Below are positions 28,601 through 35,696 of a stretch of 53,510 nucleotides of DNA, in pieces. The position numbers and the translations under genes are program-made. The notes under the pieces are model-generated. The model was not told the DNA's origin, ran no database searches, and worked only from the letters and a program-made list of their open reading frames with translations. How positions within the stretch are numbered: position 1 is the stretch's first letter; every line of letters begins with the position of its first letter. Origin of the DNA: Deltaproteobacteria bacterium. GTDB taxonomy: Bacteria; Desulfobacterota; GWC2-55-46. The stretch spans positions 1-53,510 of the forward strand of contig JACRCE010000013.1 in NCBI GenBank assembly GCA_016213015.1. The letters run 5' to 3'.

Positions 28601-31600
28601 GCGTGGAGCTTCAGAACTGGGACGTCCACACCCGTGAGATCAGGGGCGTTGACATGCTTTCGCCGACCGAGGGGTGGGCAGTGGGCGCAAATGGCGCTAT
28701 CCGCAGGTGGGACGGCACGAAGTGGAAGGTATTCCCAAGTCCCATAGACTCCTCCGTCGGTTCCACGACGTGGCCCGCCGGTCTCTACGGCATAGACATG
28801 CTCTCATCCACGCTCGGCTGGGCGGTCTACGCCAACACGTCGTCCGGCTTGGGTAAGATGATCAGGTTCGACGGGACCAGGTGGTCCGAGGAGACAATCC
28901 CCTCTGGCACACCATCCCTCTATGTGGTGAAGATGTTATCGTCTACCGACGGCTGGGCCGCTGGAGCCAGCGGCACGATGCTCAGATATGACGGCGCGAG
29001 CTGGACCGCAGCCACCAGCCCGACGACCAGCGCCATTTATGCCATAGACGGCGTCTCTTCAAACGAAATATGGGCGGCAGGCTCAACCGGGACATCGATC
29101 TTCAAGTGGAACGGTTCAAGCTGGACGACCTACACGCTCCCCGCCTCGGCGAGCATCCGCTCCATCCACATGCTCTCTGCCTCCGACGGCTGGGCAGTGG
29201 GGAGCGGCGGCAAGATATTCAGATACAACGGCTCAAGCTGGTCTTCCGTAACCAGCCCGACGACGACCGCCCTCTACTCTGTGCGGATGGTCTCGTCCAC
29301 GGATGGATGGGCAGTGGGCGGCGTAGCAGGCAGCGGCAGCGTCATCCTGCGCTGGAACGGCTCTACATGGAGTACTTACAACACGTACGCGTCGGTGAGC
29401 TATCTCTATGCGGTCAACATGCTCTCCACAACCGAGGGCTGGGCCTTGGGCTATGATGGGGCAATATTCAGATGGAACGGAAGCGCGTGGTCGGAATACG
29501 CCGGGGTCTACAGCGATTACATCTGGGATATGGTGTTTGCCTCAGACACCGATGGATGGGCAATCAGTCAGAGCGGAAAGATGCTCAGGTACAACGGCGC
29601 GGAATGGACCACTTACGCCAGCCCGACAACCAATTTGCTTTTTGCCATAGACACGGTCTCGGCCAACGAGGCCTGGTTCGCTGGGCCGAACGATTACTTC
29701 TGGAAATACCTCAACGGCTCATGGACGTCCGTTGCCAACGGGAGCGGCAAGTGGATGTTCGGCATTGACATGCTCTCCTCCTCCGCGGGATGGGCAGTCG
29801 GCTACGGGATAGCCAGGTGGGACGGCGCGAGTTGGTCGGGCGTCGCAAGCCCTACGGCCAACGTCCTGAATTCCGTCAAGATGTTGTCTTCCACCGAGGG
29901 GTGGGCGGTCGGCAACAGCGGCACTATCATCAAGTGGGACGGCGCGAGCTGGACAACGGTTGCAAGCCCCACAACACAGACTCTCACGGCCATTGATATG
30001 GTTTCTTCAACAAAGGGCTGGGCGGTTGGATACGACAATGCTACCAATAACGGGATCATGCTTGAATATAACGGCGTATCGTGGTCAATGCTTACTCTCC
30101 CAACTCCGACGACAACGACGATCGGCGCGCTGAGAGACATCAGGATGAGGTCGTCCACAGAGGGCATCGCGGTCGCAGGCAGCACAATGCTGGCCTATGA
30201 CGGGACGTCATGGAAATATAGCCAAACTCCGACGGACGCCTCATACGCTGTTGCCTATACGCCTTCGGGCACGCCGTGGACCGCTGGATACGCTACCTTC
30301 ATGGAAAGGGTCGATTACTTCCCAACAGGCACGGTTACCAACAGCCTTGACGCGGGGTCAGCGGTCTACTGGACAAACAGCAGCTTCTCAGCGACCCAGC
30401 CCGCCGGGACATCGGTCGCCTTCAGATGGGCCACGTCCGACGATAATGTCAACTGGTCGGCATGGACAACCAATTTCGCTTCACTTGCAAGTAGCAGGTA
30501 CATAAGGCAGGAGGCGACCCTCTCCACAGCCAATGCAACTGTCACCCCGTCGTTGTGCAGTACAACGGTAGGATATAACACAACACTGTCCCCACCCAAT
30601 CCGCCGACCATCGGGGCGGCGACAGGGTTGTCGGCCACATCCATCCGGTGGAACTTCACGGACACCGCCAACAATGAAACCGGGTTCAAGCTCCATGACG
30701 CAGACCATGCGGTCAAGGCAAGCTCCGCAACGCCGAACCTGACATACCTCGACGAGACGGGGCTTACGGCCAATACCCAGTATACGCGGCACGTGCATGC
30801 GTACAATGCTGTAGGCGATTCAGCGGGAAGCGGCGATGCGACAGGATATACCCTCGCGGCGTCACCGGATGTGACGCCGAGCAGGGCTGCTTCCTCATGG
30901 TCGAACAACGCGAACCTGACCTTTATGAACGCAGCCGGGTTCGGCGCGGGGGGTGTTCAGTACTACCGTTACGCATGGGATCAGACGGCTGCCCATACCT
31001 TTACCGGCGCTGAGACCCAGTGGACGAGCGGGACACTCACGACCGCTGCAACCGTGTCAGGAGGCTGGTATCTCCACCTCAAGTCGTATAACGCCGCAGA
31101 CGCGGGGGGCAGCGCCCAGGATTACGGGCCGTTTAACTACGAGACAACCGCCCCTGGTCAGGTAACGGGGTTGTGGTCTTCCCCGGCCTCGCCAACCTCC
31201 GCCAACATGGGCTGGACCGCTACTTCCGACACGGGCGGCAGTGGATTGGCCGGGTATAAGGTGGAAAGGGCCATTGACATAAGCGGCAGCCCGGATACGT
31301 TTGCCCAGGCAGGGACAACAACCTCCAACACCTGGTCCGACACTGTGCTCCTTGCCAACGCCAGGTTCTGGCACAGGGTAAGGGCCTACGACAACGCCGG
31401 AAACAACGGGGCATATTCCACCGCCGTTTCCGTCATGACCCTCCCCGTGACTCCGAATGTGACATCCGACAAGACGGCTTCGACATGGTACAACACAACA
31501 GATGTGGTATTCACCAACGCCGCCGGGTTCGGCGCAGGCGGGGTGCAGTATTACAGGGCGGCATGGGACCAGAGCGCAACCTATACCTTTACCGGGACCG

Positions 31601-33930
31601 AGACCCAGTGGAGTTCCGGGACATTGACGGGAACAGCCACAGCGGACGGAAGTTGGTATCTGCACGTCAAGTCGTTCAACGGCGACAATATCGCAAATGG
31701 AACACAGACCTACGGGCCGTTCTATTACGACGGTACCGCTCCGACCGGGCATGGAAATTCATCCCCTGCCGACGGCGCCACGGGACAGGCAACCACAACT
31801 ACGCTAAGCTCCACCATTGCCGTTGACGGCGTCAGCGGCGGGGTGCAGTATTACTTCCAGTTGGCCGCAAACAGCGGCTTTACCACGGGCGTCCAGACAA
31901 GCGGATGGCAGGCGGGCACGAGTTTTACCCCGGTTCTCGCGGGCAGTACGACCTACTATTGGCGCGTAAAGGCAAGGGACGCGGCGCTCAACGAGACGGC
32001 CTACACGGCCACATGGTCGTTTACCAGCGTCATCTTTGTGATCCCCGCAACCCCGACAATAGGCGCGCCTGCGGCATTGTCCGCTACGTCAATCAGGTGG
32101 AACTTCATTGACAACGCCACTGACGAGGAAGGGTTCAGACTCCACGATTCGGGCCACGTAGTTAAGGCAAGCGCGGCAACGCCTAATCTTACTTACCTCG
32201 ACGAGACAGGGCTTACGGCCAACACCCAGTACACGCGGCACGTACATGCTTATAATGCCGCAATGGGGGATTCCATAGGGAGTCTCGACGCTTTGACGTA
32301 CACCTTGTCGGCGTCTCCGAATGTAACATCCGACAAGACGGCCTCGACATGGTACAACACAACGGACGTGGTATTCACGAACGCCGCCGGGTTCGGAGCG
32401 GGCGGTGCGCAATACTACCGTTACGCATGGGATCAGAGCGCGACATACGCCTTTACCGACGCGGAAACCCAGTGGACGACCGGGACATTGACAATGACCG
32501 CAACGGCCGAAGGCGGTTGGTATCTGCATGTCAAGTCGTTCAACGGCGACAATATCGCCAATGGGATCCAAACCTACGGGCCGTTCTATTACGATATAAC
32601 CGCTCCGACAGGGCTTGCCAATTCTTCCCCTGCCGACGGAGCGACCGGTCAGCCGACCGGCGCCGCCGTAACTTCCACCGTCGCGGCCGACAGCGGCAGC
32701 GGCGGGGTGCAGTATTACTTCCAGTTGGCCGCGGACAGCGGCTTTACCTCAGGCGTCCAGACAAGCGGATGGCAGGCGGGCACGAGCTTCGCCCCGGTCC
32801 TCGCGGCCACTACGACCTACTACTGGCATGTGAAGGCACGAGACGGCGTTCTCAATGAGACGCCCTATACCGCCGCGTGGTCGTTTACCACAGTAGCAGC
32901 AACAACGACACAGATGGGCGGGGCCATACAAGGCGTGTCCCTTAGCCTTACAACCGCTGTAACGACCCTTGCGGGATCGGCGGGACTCAATGGTTCAACG
33001 GACGGGACAGGTTCCGCCGCATTGTTTAATTACCCAGCCGGCATAACCACTGACGGGACAAACCTTTATGTGGCTGATTTCAGTAATCGCACAATCCGCA
33101 AGATAGTTATATCGTCCGGCGCTGTAACGACCCTTGCGGGCTTGGCCTTGACTTCCGGCTCAACGGACGGGACAGGTTCCGCCGCAAGGTTTAATTTCCC
33201 TTTCGGCATAACCACTGACGGGACAAACCTTTATGTGGCGGATAGATCTAATAGCACAATCCGCAAGATAGTCATATCCACGGGAGTTGTCACGACCCTT
33301 GCGGGCACAGCCGGGAGCACCGGTTCAGCGGACGGGACAGGTTCCGCCGCAAGGTTTAATAACCCTTACGGCATAACCACTGACGGGACAAACCTTTATG
33401 TGGCGGATACCCTTAATCGCACAATTCGCAAGATAGTCATATCTACGGGAGTTGTAACGACCCTTGCAGGCACAGCCGGGAGCACCGGTTCAGCGGACGG
33501 GACAGGTTCCGCCGCAAGGTTTAATCGCCCTTACGGCATAACCACTGACGGGACAAACCTTTATGTGGCCGATACCTATAATTACACAATCCGCAAGATA
33601 GTCATATCCACGGCCGTTGTAACGACCCTTGCAGGCACGGCCGGGAGTTCCGGTTCAACGGACGGGACAGGTTCTGTTGCTCGGTTTTATTACCCTCAAG
33701 GCATAACCACGGACGGGACAAACCTTTATGTGGCCGATACCTATAATATGACAATCCGCAAGATAGTCGCATCAACGGCCGTTGTCACGACCCTTGCGGG
33801 ATCGAGCCCCGGTTCAGCGGACGGGACAGGTTCCGCCGCAAGGTTTTATAACCCTACCGGCATAACCACGGACGGGGCAAGCCTTTATGTGGTTGATACC
33901 GATAATTTCACAATCCGCAAGATTCAGTAG
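19633..33930 (+). CDS. Giant (4765 aa) secreted multiheme cytochrome with LamG, beta-propeller, FN3-like and NHL modules
   Basis: Signal peptide ending AYA. The first ~815 aa carry 15 CxxCH plus CX6CH and CX4CH. Then 4 LamG domains (W(T/N/R)HxxAxYDG, DEx3YNRAL), 5 GIQAGDKVV repeats, MLSSTEGWAVG propeller repeats, FN3-like TYYWRVKARD modules and 6 terminal NHL repeats. Confidence 0.95.
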   Translation: MTTCNTHIKGYLLLSIILAVCLMGLYHAYADDGNILRRTNKGDDTCGGAANACHNVKVHNSVNTGSLKWSGSGGWGIEGGRYGKFVCQTCHTPHNTNNIYLIREKIKFPDASVMPSGQVETPVDYRYKSATVGTPEADYAKGNDDVSASGRTAGNGQPATSSRPCEVCHSQTKYHRYNTESQTGGYNHNNAKDCVKCHSHQKGFAHAYGAGGGKLDVCIQCHGHDPGYTFSYTSMDGTTTSTITSEGRGNYRVHSTHTENDADDKRGPNVFCTTCHDPNNMPTFKSGTDMDGNGLFTLNETDVCAQCHSEGGFYNGVNSDAATGSVGVKENFKATNGDYARGGVYDTLSTYTTYTGSAGLPPVIVYDSDGTLKTGKEKWCAGCHDDAPPTINGKTAPIIAGDSSTYGFFVNGHGKESGNYNKLSWQDSAATGNPAAQRKCYQCHDTTFTHIGNSDSGTPRNKRLKWWDTTEYNNKTCKQCHDDENAGAVATAEPKWYTTYAGWQSSAHGSTAKGNLECTKCHEPHGMGGTNKPAMTRELRENLCYNCHTGDTGSWMNVVNNAISGPTTATSIEQAFGLAGTKHPVAEYKAFQKDGLTYNLTCISCHNVHLVTGRYWEADQGKSPLTRFSNKTAVWGDKAGEKMSDFAGSGTYETPLYDVELGSNFRANVMPDYPSFCLDCHSSFGGSGYETSGIEWNNNPHGKGQAGVPNQYGGHNYWTVGMQGFDAITPGFKAKRGRGGRDFNYAPWDPERRYAGANFTLACVNCHEVHGSNQNRMLRPEIGSGNPCIECHFDKSENMGGGLFGCGSASCHQTTDIHRLAVGQNTSGVTAIFDREHTVDIRFESVRGGSDGANGFADATTSFSHARLLDMGNKSPLIMVSATGSIGSDQVTVIFSKGVYTDMGSTGALVASDFTLTDTDNSRTITGVSHTAGGTTAVLTLSAPLDDVSDIGVDTIAAATGTSIYDELDIPMSATGVIITATSLAIKSIVASDSAGADGIQAGDKVVLTFYQPTQGNAINASNIDTALALWPFHTWKDGSGNIGSAAWNNPTNDTLTITLSAAGGVPTVASADAVTIDGTIKTLAGAGITESALISGTFDVAGSFGGLLAGGSACYAGGWSCETCDWLSTVASVQARVVPGKVGNAVQLDGNQCVEVGTDSCYSSTGTARATASAYEWKKTGTVEAWIYPTELTATRYVIASNELDNYYNYSLEITNDSTDTENGQPAVFTDYRLVFRFHTPTARAVYSSLTVPVNQWTHVAAVYDADAYDGKVVKIYMNGKDVTGVTTYSYGRLFSQPPSGTLLYPSSGANSSNTQELMIGCDPGIIDYRPGYSYGLRPFAGFKGKIDEFNLWNIARTPDQIAQDCGAPRIVSATGAIGSAQVTVTFSEGVYTSTGATGALLPSDFALTDTDNSRTITGVSHTAGGTTAVLTLSAPLDAVSDIDVDTLAAATGSSIYDAGDIPMDTRATVITGVSPSIRSVIASDAGGANGIQAGDKVVIKFYQATQGNTIDNGNINTALALPNGHTWNDWSGNIGSASWNSPTNDTLTITLSATSGVPTVAPGDMVTLGGTIKSSGGADMIDAHVISGTFDAGNFGGLPSGAVAYYNMVEGAGLTAHDTSGNGNDATLKNGVAWTGGRAGTVPNNAVSLNGGNNFLEAPDSNSLDLTDQGTIEVWAKKNSNRTYQAYVGKYAFSGSPLDYYGYMLGDANGQISLRWGRPQISERDPWVSGTDYYEPEVKGADYRYYKAGPEDSLISDCETAPVGQWNHILATYDGATMKIFLNGRLIKTGSYVKAAVANPYPLRIGASGSGGDSSYENALDGAVDEAVVYNRALTNDEARERFGAAVQPSGAIASDVGGADGIQTGDKVVVKFDGPTNGAVTTANIGTVLSLNNGHSWGAVQSAVWSTKVFSNDTLTVTLSSGATIDKGDVITTDGTVIKDRKGNAISATVSVSGRFSPLSSGVVAYYDFNEGTGNVVHDLTPNGLDGIAIGGASWIPGRNGQGYALDLDGSSGYVSVSECGDTPLDLINKGTFEFWLKKDSQPWSTTRIVSKGDGTVTPDYPRGTLGYDFYTYSSSGVGLSLTWGGEGGSSSTYSDPYLDINGEWRHVVATYDGGNARFYVDGQPVGAGGMSAGGVKSNAPVLFGVDSGLTSYLDGAIDEAIIYNRALTGDEVRESSGIPWKMKTAVAYDMGGASGIQTTDKVVITFDGPTQANSINAGNIDAVLSLSNGHTWKSGNGGLGNAAWSTKTFTNDTLTIIFSDAGGAPNAAVGDTITLDGVTITDHKARPVPVGSVVVSGTFGPLSADIVGYWNFTEGSGTAANDSSVYGNHGALRGDAGWTTGQADGAISLDGSGAYVNVNDSNSLDLSTREYYAIKALSSTKAWAVGQSGAIAEGTRTGTDFNLNWTASSSSPTTNHLYSIDSASATEMCAVGMNGTILWYNGSSWGASSWTSPVTTDLYSVDMLSATSGWAVGKNNVIIRFNGSTWSQVSISSPTATWSLKSVKMLSASEGWAVGGDNIATAVILKWNGTNWTEFYTTTAINMLNSIDMLSSTEGWAVGISGKILKFDGTSWTEFTSPTPYDLYSVKAISTTEALAVGANRTILKFKDTAWTINSNIAEVTGYPILRSVESYILNPTEIYYSGGIPYIEEKRWEYAAGDASTIIEHSAGTFLSGSQAGQDTDYSWHGRDAGGYGGATFEVWAWKNSNKYDQTYLAKQYPDSTAAAPINYRVKDEGSTGKPAFTVGRDSNQANPVVCSDVAPVGQWNHIVATGTSTLKIYLNGQLCGTGTAGPRGTSSTYPLVIGTGYYGGADFDGKIDHVTIYNRTLSGDEVWAKYGSNSVSFKSAVADDNSSGGSGIQAGDKVIITFNGPTQGTAVSSANINTVLNAAGKTWLDGNGGVSAVWSTTAFTNDTLTITLSATGGAPTVAVGDTITLSGLYDSLGRAMTGTIAVAGSFGTDTYGWTLDTYSEWTAGSLISAKPAKDNCVELQNWDVHTREIRGVDMLSPTEGWAVGANGAIRRWDGTKWKVFPSPIDSSVGSTTWPAGLYGIDMLSSTLGWAVYANTSSGLGKMIRFDGTRWSEETIPSGTPSLYVVKMLSSTDGWAAGASGTMLRYDGASWTAATSPTTSAIYAIDGVSSNEIWAAGSTGTSIFKWNGSSWTTYTLPASASIRSIHMLSASDGWAVGSGGKIFRYNGSSWSSVTSPTTTALYSVRMVSSTDGWAVGGVAGSGSVILRWNGSTWSTYNTYASVSYLYAVNMLSTTEGWALGYDGAIFRWNGSAWSEYAGVYSDYIWDMVFASDTDGWAISQSGKMLRYNGAEWTTYASPTTNLLFAIDTVSANEAWFAGPNDYFWKYLNGSWTSVANGSGKWMFGIDMLSSSAGWAVGYGIARWDGASWSGVASPTANVLNSVKMLSSTEGWAVGNSGTIIKWDGASWTTVASPTTQTLTAIDMVSSTKGWAVGYDNATNNGIMLEYNGVSWSMLTLPTPTTTTIGALRDIRMRSSTEGIAVAGSTMLAYDGTSWKYSQTPTDASYAVAYTPSGTPWTAGYATFMERVDYFPTGTVTNSLDAGSAVYWTNSSFSATQPAGTSVAFRWATSDDNVNWSAWTTNFASLASSRYIRQEATLSTANATVTPSLCSTTVGYNTTLSPPNPPTIGAATGLSATSIRWNFTDTANNETGFKLHDADHAVKASSATPNLTYLDETGLTANTQYTRHVHAYNAVGDSAGSGDATGYTLAASPDVTPSRAASSWSNNANLTFMNAAGFGAGGVQYYRYAWDQTAAHTFTGAETQWTSGTLTTAATVSGGWYLHLKSYNAADAGGSAQDYGPFNYETTAPGQVTGLWSSPASPTSANMGWTATSDTGGSGLAGYKVERAIDISGSPDTFAQAGTTTSNTWSDTVLLANARFWHRVRAYDNAGNNGAYSTAVSVMTLPVTPNVTSDKTASTWYNTTDVVFTNAAGFGAGGVQYYRAAWDQSATYTFTGTETQWSSGTLTGTATADGSWYLHVKSFNGDNIANGTQTYGPFYYDGTAPTGHGNSSPADGATGQATTTTLSSTIAVDGVSGGVQYYFQLAANSGFTTGVQTSGWQAGTSFTPVLAGSTTYYWRVKARDAALNETAYTATWSFTSVIFVIPATPTIGAPAALSATSIRWNFIDNATDEEGFRLHDSGHVVKASAATPNLTYLDETGLTANTQYTRHVHAYNAAMGDSIGSLDALTYTLSASPNVTSDKTASTWYNTTDVVFTNAAGFGAGGAQYYRYAWDQSATYAFTDAETQWTTGTLTMTATAEGGWYLHVKSFNGDNIANGIQTYGPFYYDITAPTGLANSSPADGATGQPTGAAVTSTVAADSGSGGVQYYFQLAADSGFTSGVQTSGWQAGTSFAPVLAATTTYYWHVKARDGVLNETPYTAAWSFTTVAATTTQMGGAIQGVSLSLTTAVTTLAGSAGLNGSTDGTGSAALFNYPAGITTDGTNLYVADFSNRTIRKIVISSGAVTTLAGLALTSGSTDGTGSAARFNFPFGITTDGTNLYVADRSNSTIRKIVISTGVVTTLAGTAGSTGSADGTGSAARFNNPYGITTDGTNLYVADTLNRTIRKIVISTGVVTTLAGTAGSTGSADGTGSAARFNRPYGITTDGTNLYVADTYNYTIRKIVISTAVVTTLAGTAGSSGSTDGTGSVARFYYPQGITTDGTNLYVADTYNMTIRKIVASTAVVTTLAGSSPGSADGTGSAARFYNPTGITTDGASLYVVDTDNFTIRKIQ
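32959..33927 (+). repeat. Six 165-bp intragenic NHL tandem repeats
   Basis: gt(a/c)acgacccttgc recurs at 32959, 33124 and onward with a 165-bp period (55 aa). Confidence 0.95.
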
Positions 33931-34153
33931 AAGTCGAAAGAACAAAGGAGGCTGGATTGCGCGCCGTGAGAGGATTATTTGATCAGGGGTGAGATATCTT
34001 CCGCGGCGTCTCTGTGCCGGAGAAGGACGCAAAGAAGTTCATTGTTACGCAGTCAGGAGTTTCCTCGCCGTATCAGGGAGACACGCCATTGGGCAAATAA
34101 GCCTTTGCTTTGCGTCAAGATTGAAAGGCCTATGTCTGCTTGTTACCCCTTGA

Positions 34154-34591
34154 GCCTTATTTGTATCAAGAACCAGATCGGACGGGCAGATAAAAGAAAG
34201 GACGAAAAGCAAGGTAGTCCGACCCCGCGCCATAAATCCGGCCATTATAGGGTTGTTACGGAAGCAGTGCCTGAATAAACACCCAGAGGCGTTTGTCTTT
34301 ACGAACCCGCGCACAAAACAACCTTATTCAGATAGCGCCATGTGTCGGCTATGGCAGGCCGTAAAAAAGCAGGGCTACGATATTACGCTATACCAAGCGA
34401 CGCGACACTCACTTGCAACACGGCTCTTAAAAAACGGCGCAGAACTCAAGAGCATCGGGGACATCCTTGGGCATACCGACATCATCACTACCCTTAAATA
34501 CGCACACAGCGATATAGACAACCAGCGTGCAGCCTTTAGCCGCAGCAACCCCAAAGTAGCCACAATTTTCAGGATTGTCAAAAAACACTAA
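34154..34591 (+). pseudogene. Tyrosine recombinase/integrase C-terminal remnant
   Basis: Open frame after a TGA at 34151 reads LFVSRTRSDGQIKERTKSK...LYQATRHSLATRLLKNGA...ILGHTDIITTLKYAH. The N-terminal half and a credible start are missing. It abuts the tRNA 3' end. Confidence 0.85.
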
Positions 34592-34607
34592 CAAAAACGG
34601 ATAGATA

Positions 34608-34685
<78 letters not shown>

Positions 34686-34693
34686 TTTGTGAG

Positions 34694-35068
34694 TTAAAGT
34701 GAAACAAGCATCTCCCTTATTGAACACAACTCCTTTTTAATATCCCTGATGGTCTTCCTGTACGCCTCTTCGGTAAACGGAAGGGCCAACTGGCTCGTCT
34801 TGCCGCTCCTCGCATCGGGCCGTGTTTCCCTGACCTTGCGCTTCGCGCCGTCAAGAGTGAATTTTTCCTTGTACAGCAGGTTCTTTATCTCAAGTATCAG
34901 ATCAACGTCTTTCCTTGTATAAACCCTCTGCTTTGCGAGCGACTTTTTCGGACTGATAATCTTAAACTCGCTCTCCCAATATCTTAGCACGTAAGGCTTC
35001 ACGCGGGTTATGCGCGCAACCTCGCCTATCTTGAAGTAGAGTTTGTCTGGTATCTTCGTATTTGTCAT
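34694..35068 (-). CDS. MerR-family HTH regulator
   Basis: [13 protein letters not shown]...VLRYWESEF; conserved position downstream of ihfA. Likely start MTNTK. Confidence 0.92.
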   Translation of the reverse strand: MTNTKIPDKLYFKIGEVARITRVKPYVLRYWESEFKIISPKKSLAKQRVYTRKDVDLILEIKNLLYKEKFTLDGAKRKVRETRPDARSGKTSQLALPFTEEAYRKTIRDIKKELCSIREMLVSL

Positions 35069-35119
35069 GCGTCTGGACTCGGCATACATGGCGCATGTCC
35101 CTTTGCGGACGGATAAGCC

Positions 35120-35428
35120 TCAGGCCGTCTTTGCAACCGTCTTCACGGCCGTCTTTTCGTTAATGGCCTTTTTAAGAAGGGCGGACGCCTTGAAGGTCAT
35201 CACCCTGCGCTCTTCAATGGTTATCTCGGAGCCTGTCTGCGGGTTTCTACCGCGTCTTGCGCGCTTCTCCCTGACGTTGAAGTTGCCGAAGCCGGATACC
35301 TTTACCTTGCCGCCCTTTTCCAGTTCGGTCTTTATGCACTCGAAGACCTCTTCGATGACCATTGCCACGTCCTTTTTGGAATAGCCCACCTTCTGAAAAA
35401 CGCCCTCTACGATATCAGCCTTTGTCAT
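35120..35428 (-). CDS. ihfA: Integration host factor subunit alpha
   Basis: MTKADIVE...VKVSGFGNFNVREKRARRGRNPQTG; follows pheT. Confidence 0.95.
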   Translation of the reverse strand: MTKADIVEGVFQKVGYSKKDVAMVIEEVFECIKTELEKGGKVKVSGFGNFNVREKRARRGRNPQTGSEITIEERRVMTFKASALLKKAINEKTAVKTVAKTA

Positions 35429-35449
35429 CCGTAGCCTCCGCGCTTTAAC

Positions 35450-35695
35450 TAACAGGCCGCTGAAAAACGCCCATCTGCGGCGTTGGCAGCAAAGCTCCTC
35501 ACTGCGCCCAGCACCACTTTGGATTACGAAAGCATGTTGCTTGACAAATTCCTTCGTGTAGCAAAGTGGTGCTGGGCTCATTCGTCGCTCCTTGACGCCT
35601 TGCATCTGGCTGGGTTCCCATTGCGTCTTTTCTTCTATTGCAATGGGAAGATTTGAGCGGCCTTCGTCAACTTTGGGTTTTTCAGCAGCCTGCTA
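35450..35695. mobile_element. MITE-like element (family A) with nested 70-bp element (35507-35576) and nested hairpin (35615-35649)
   Basis: Terminal IRs TAACAGGCCGCTGAAAAAC / GTTTTTCAGCAGCCTGCTA; related to 40353-40502. Confidence 0.8.
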
Positions 35696-35696
35696 A

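Noticed and set aside
19970-32931. Numerous alternative-frame and antisense ORFs inside the giant gene (and inside other long genes)
   Set aside because: Expected shadow ORFs in GC-rich coding DNA, with no motifs or RBS support.
32959-33927. Regularly spaced repeats as a CRISPR array
   Set aside because: The 165-bp units are in-frame coding NHL repeats with no unique spacers, and there are no cas genes.
34005-34060. GGACGCAAAG as a c-di-GMP-I (GEMM) riboswitch
   Set aside because: The upstream GGCAAA/GAAA-tetraloop stem is missing, and no intact gene lies downstream.
33931-34150. Possible decayed small gene after the giant ORF (AAAGGAGG present)
   Set aside because: No coherent frame or recognisable motif; the ORF-track 33979..34278 looks spurious.
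35429-35605. N-terminal extension of IhfA in the ORF track
   Set aside because: It is read through a MITE; the canonical MTKAD start with an RBS is at 35428.
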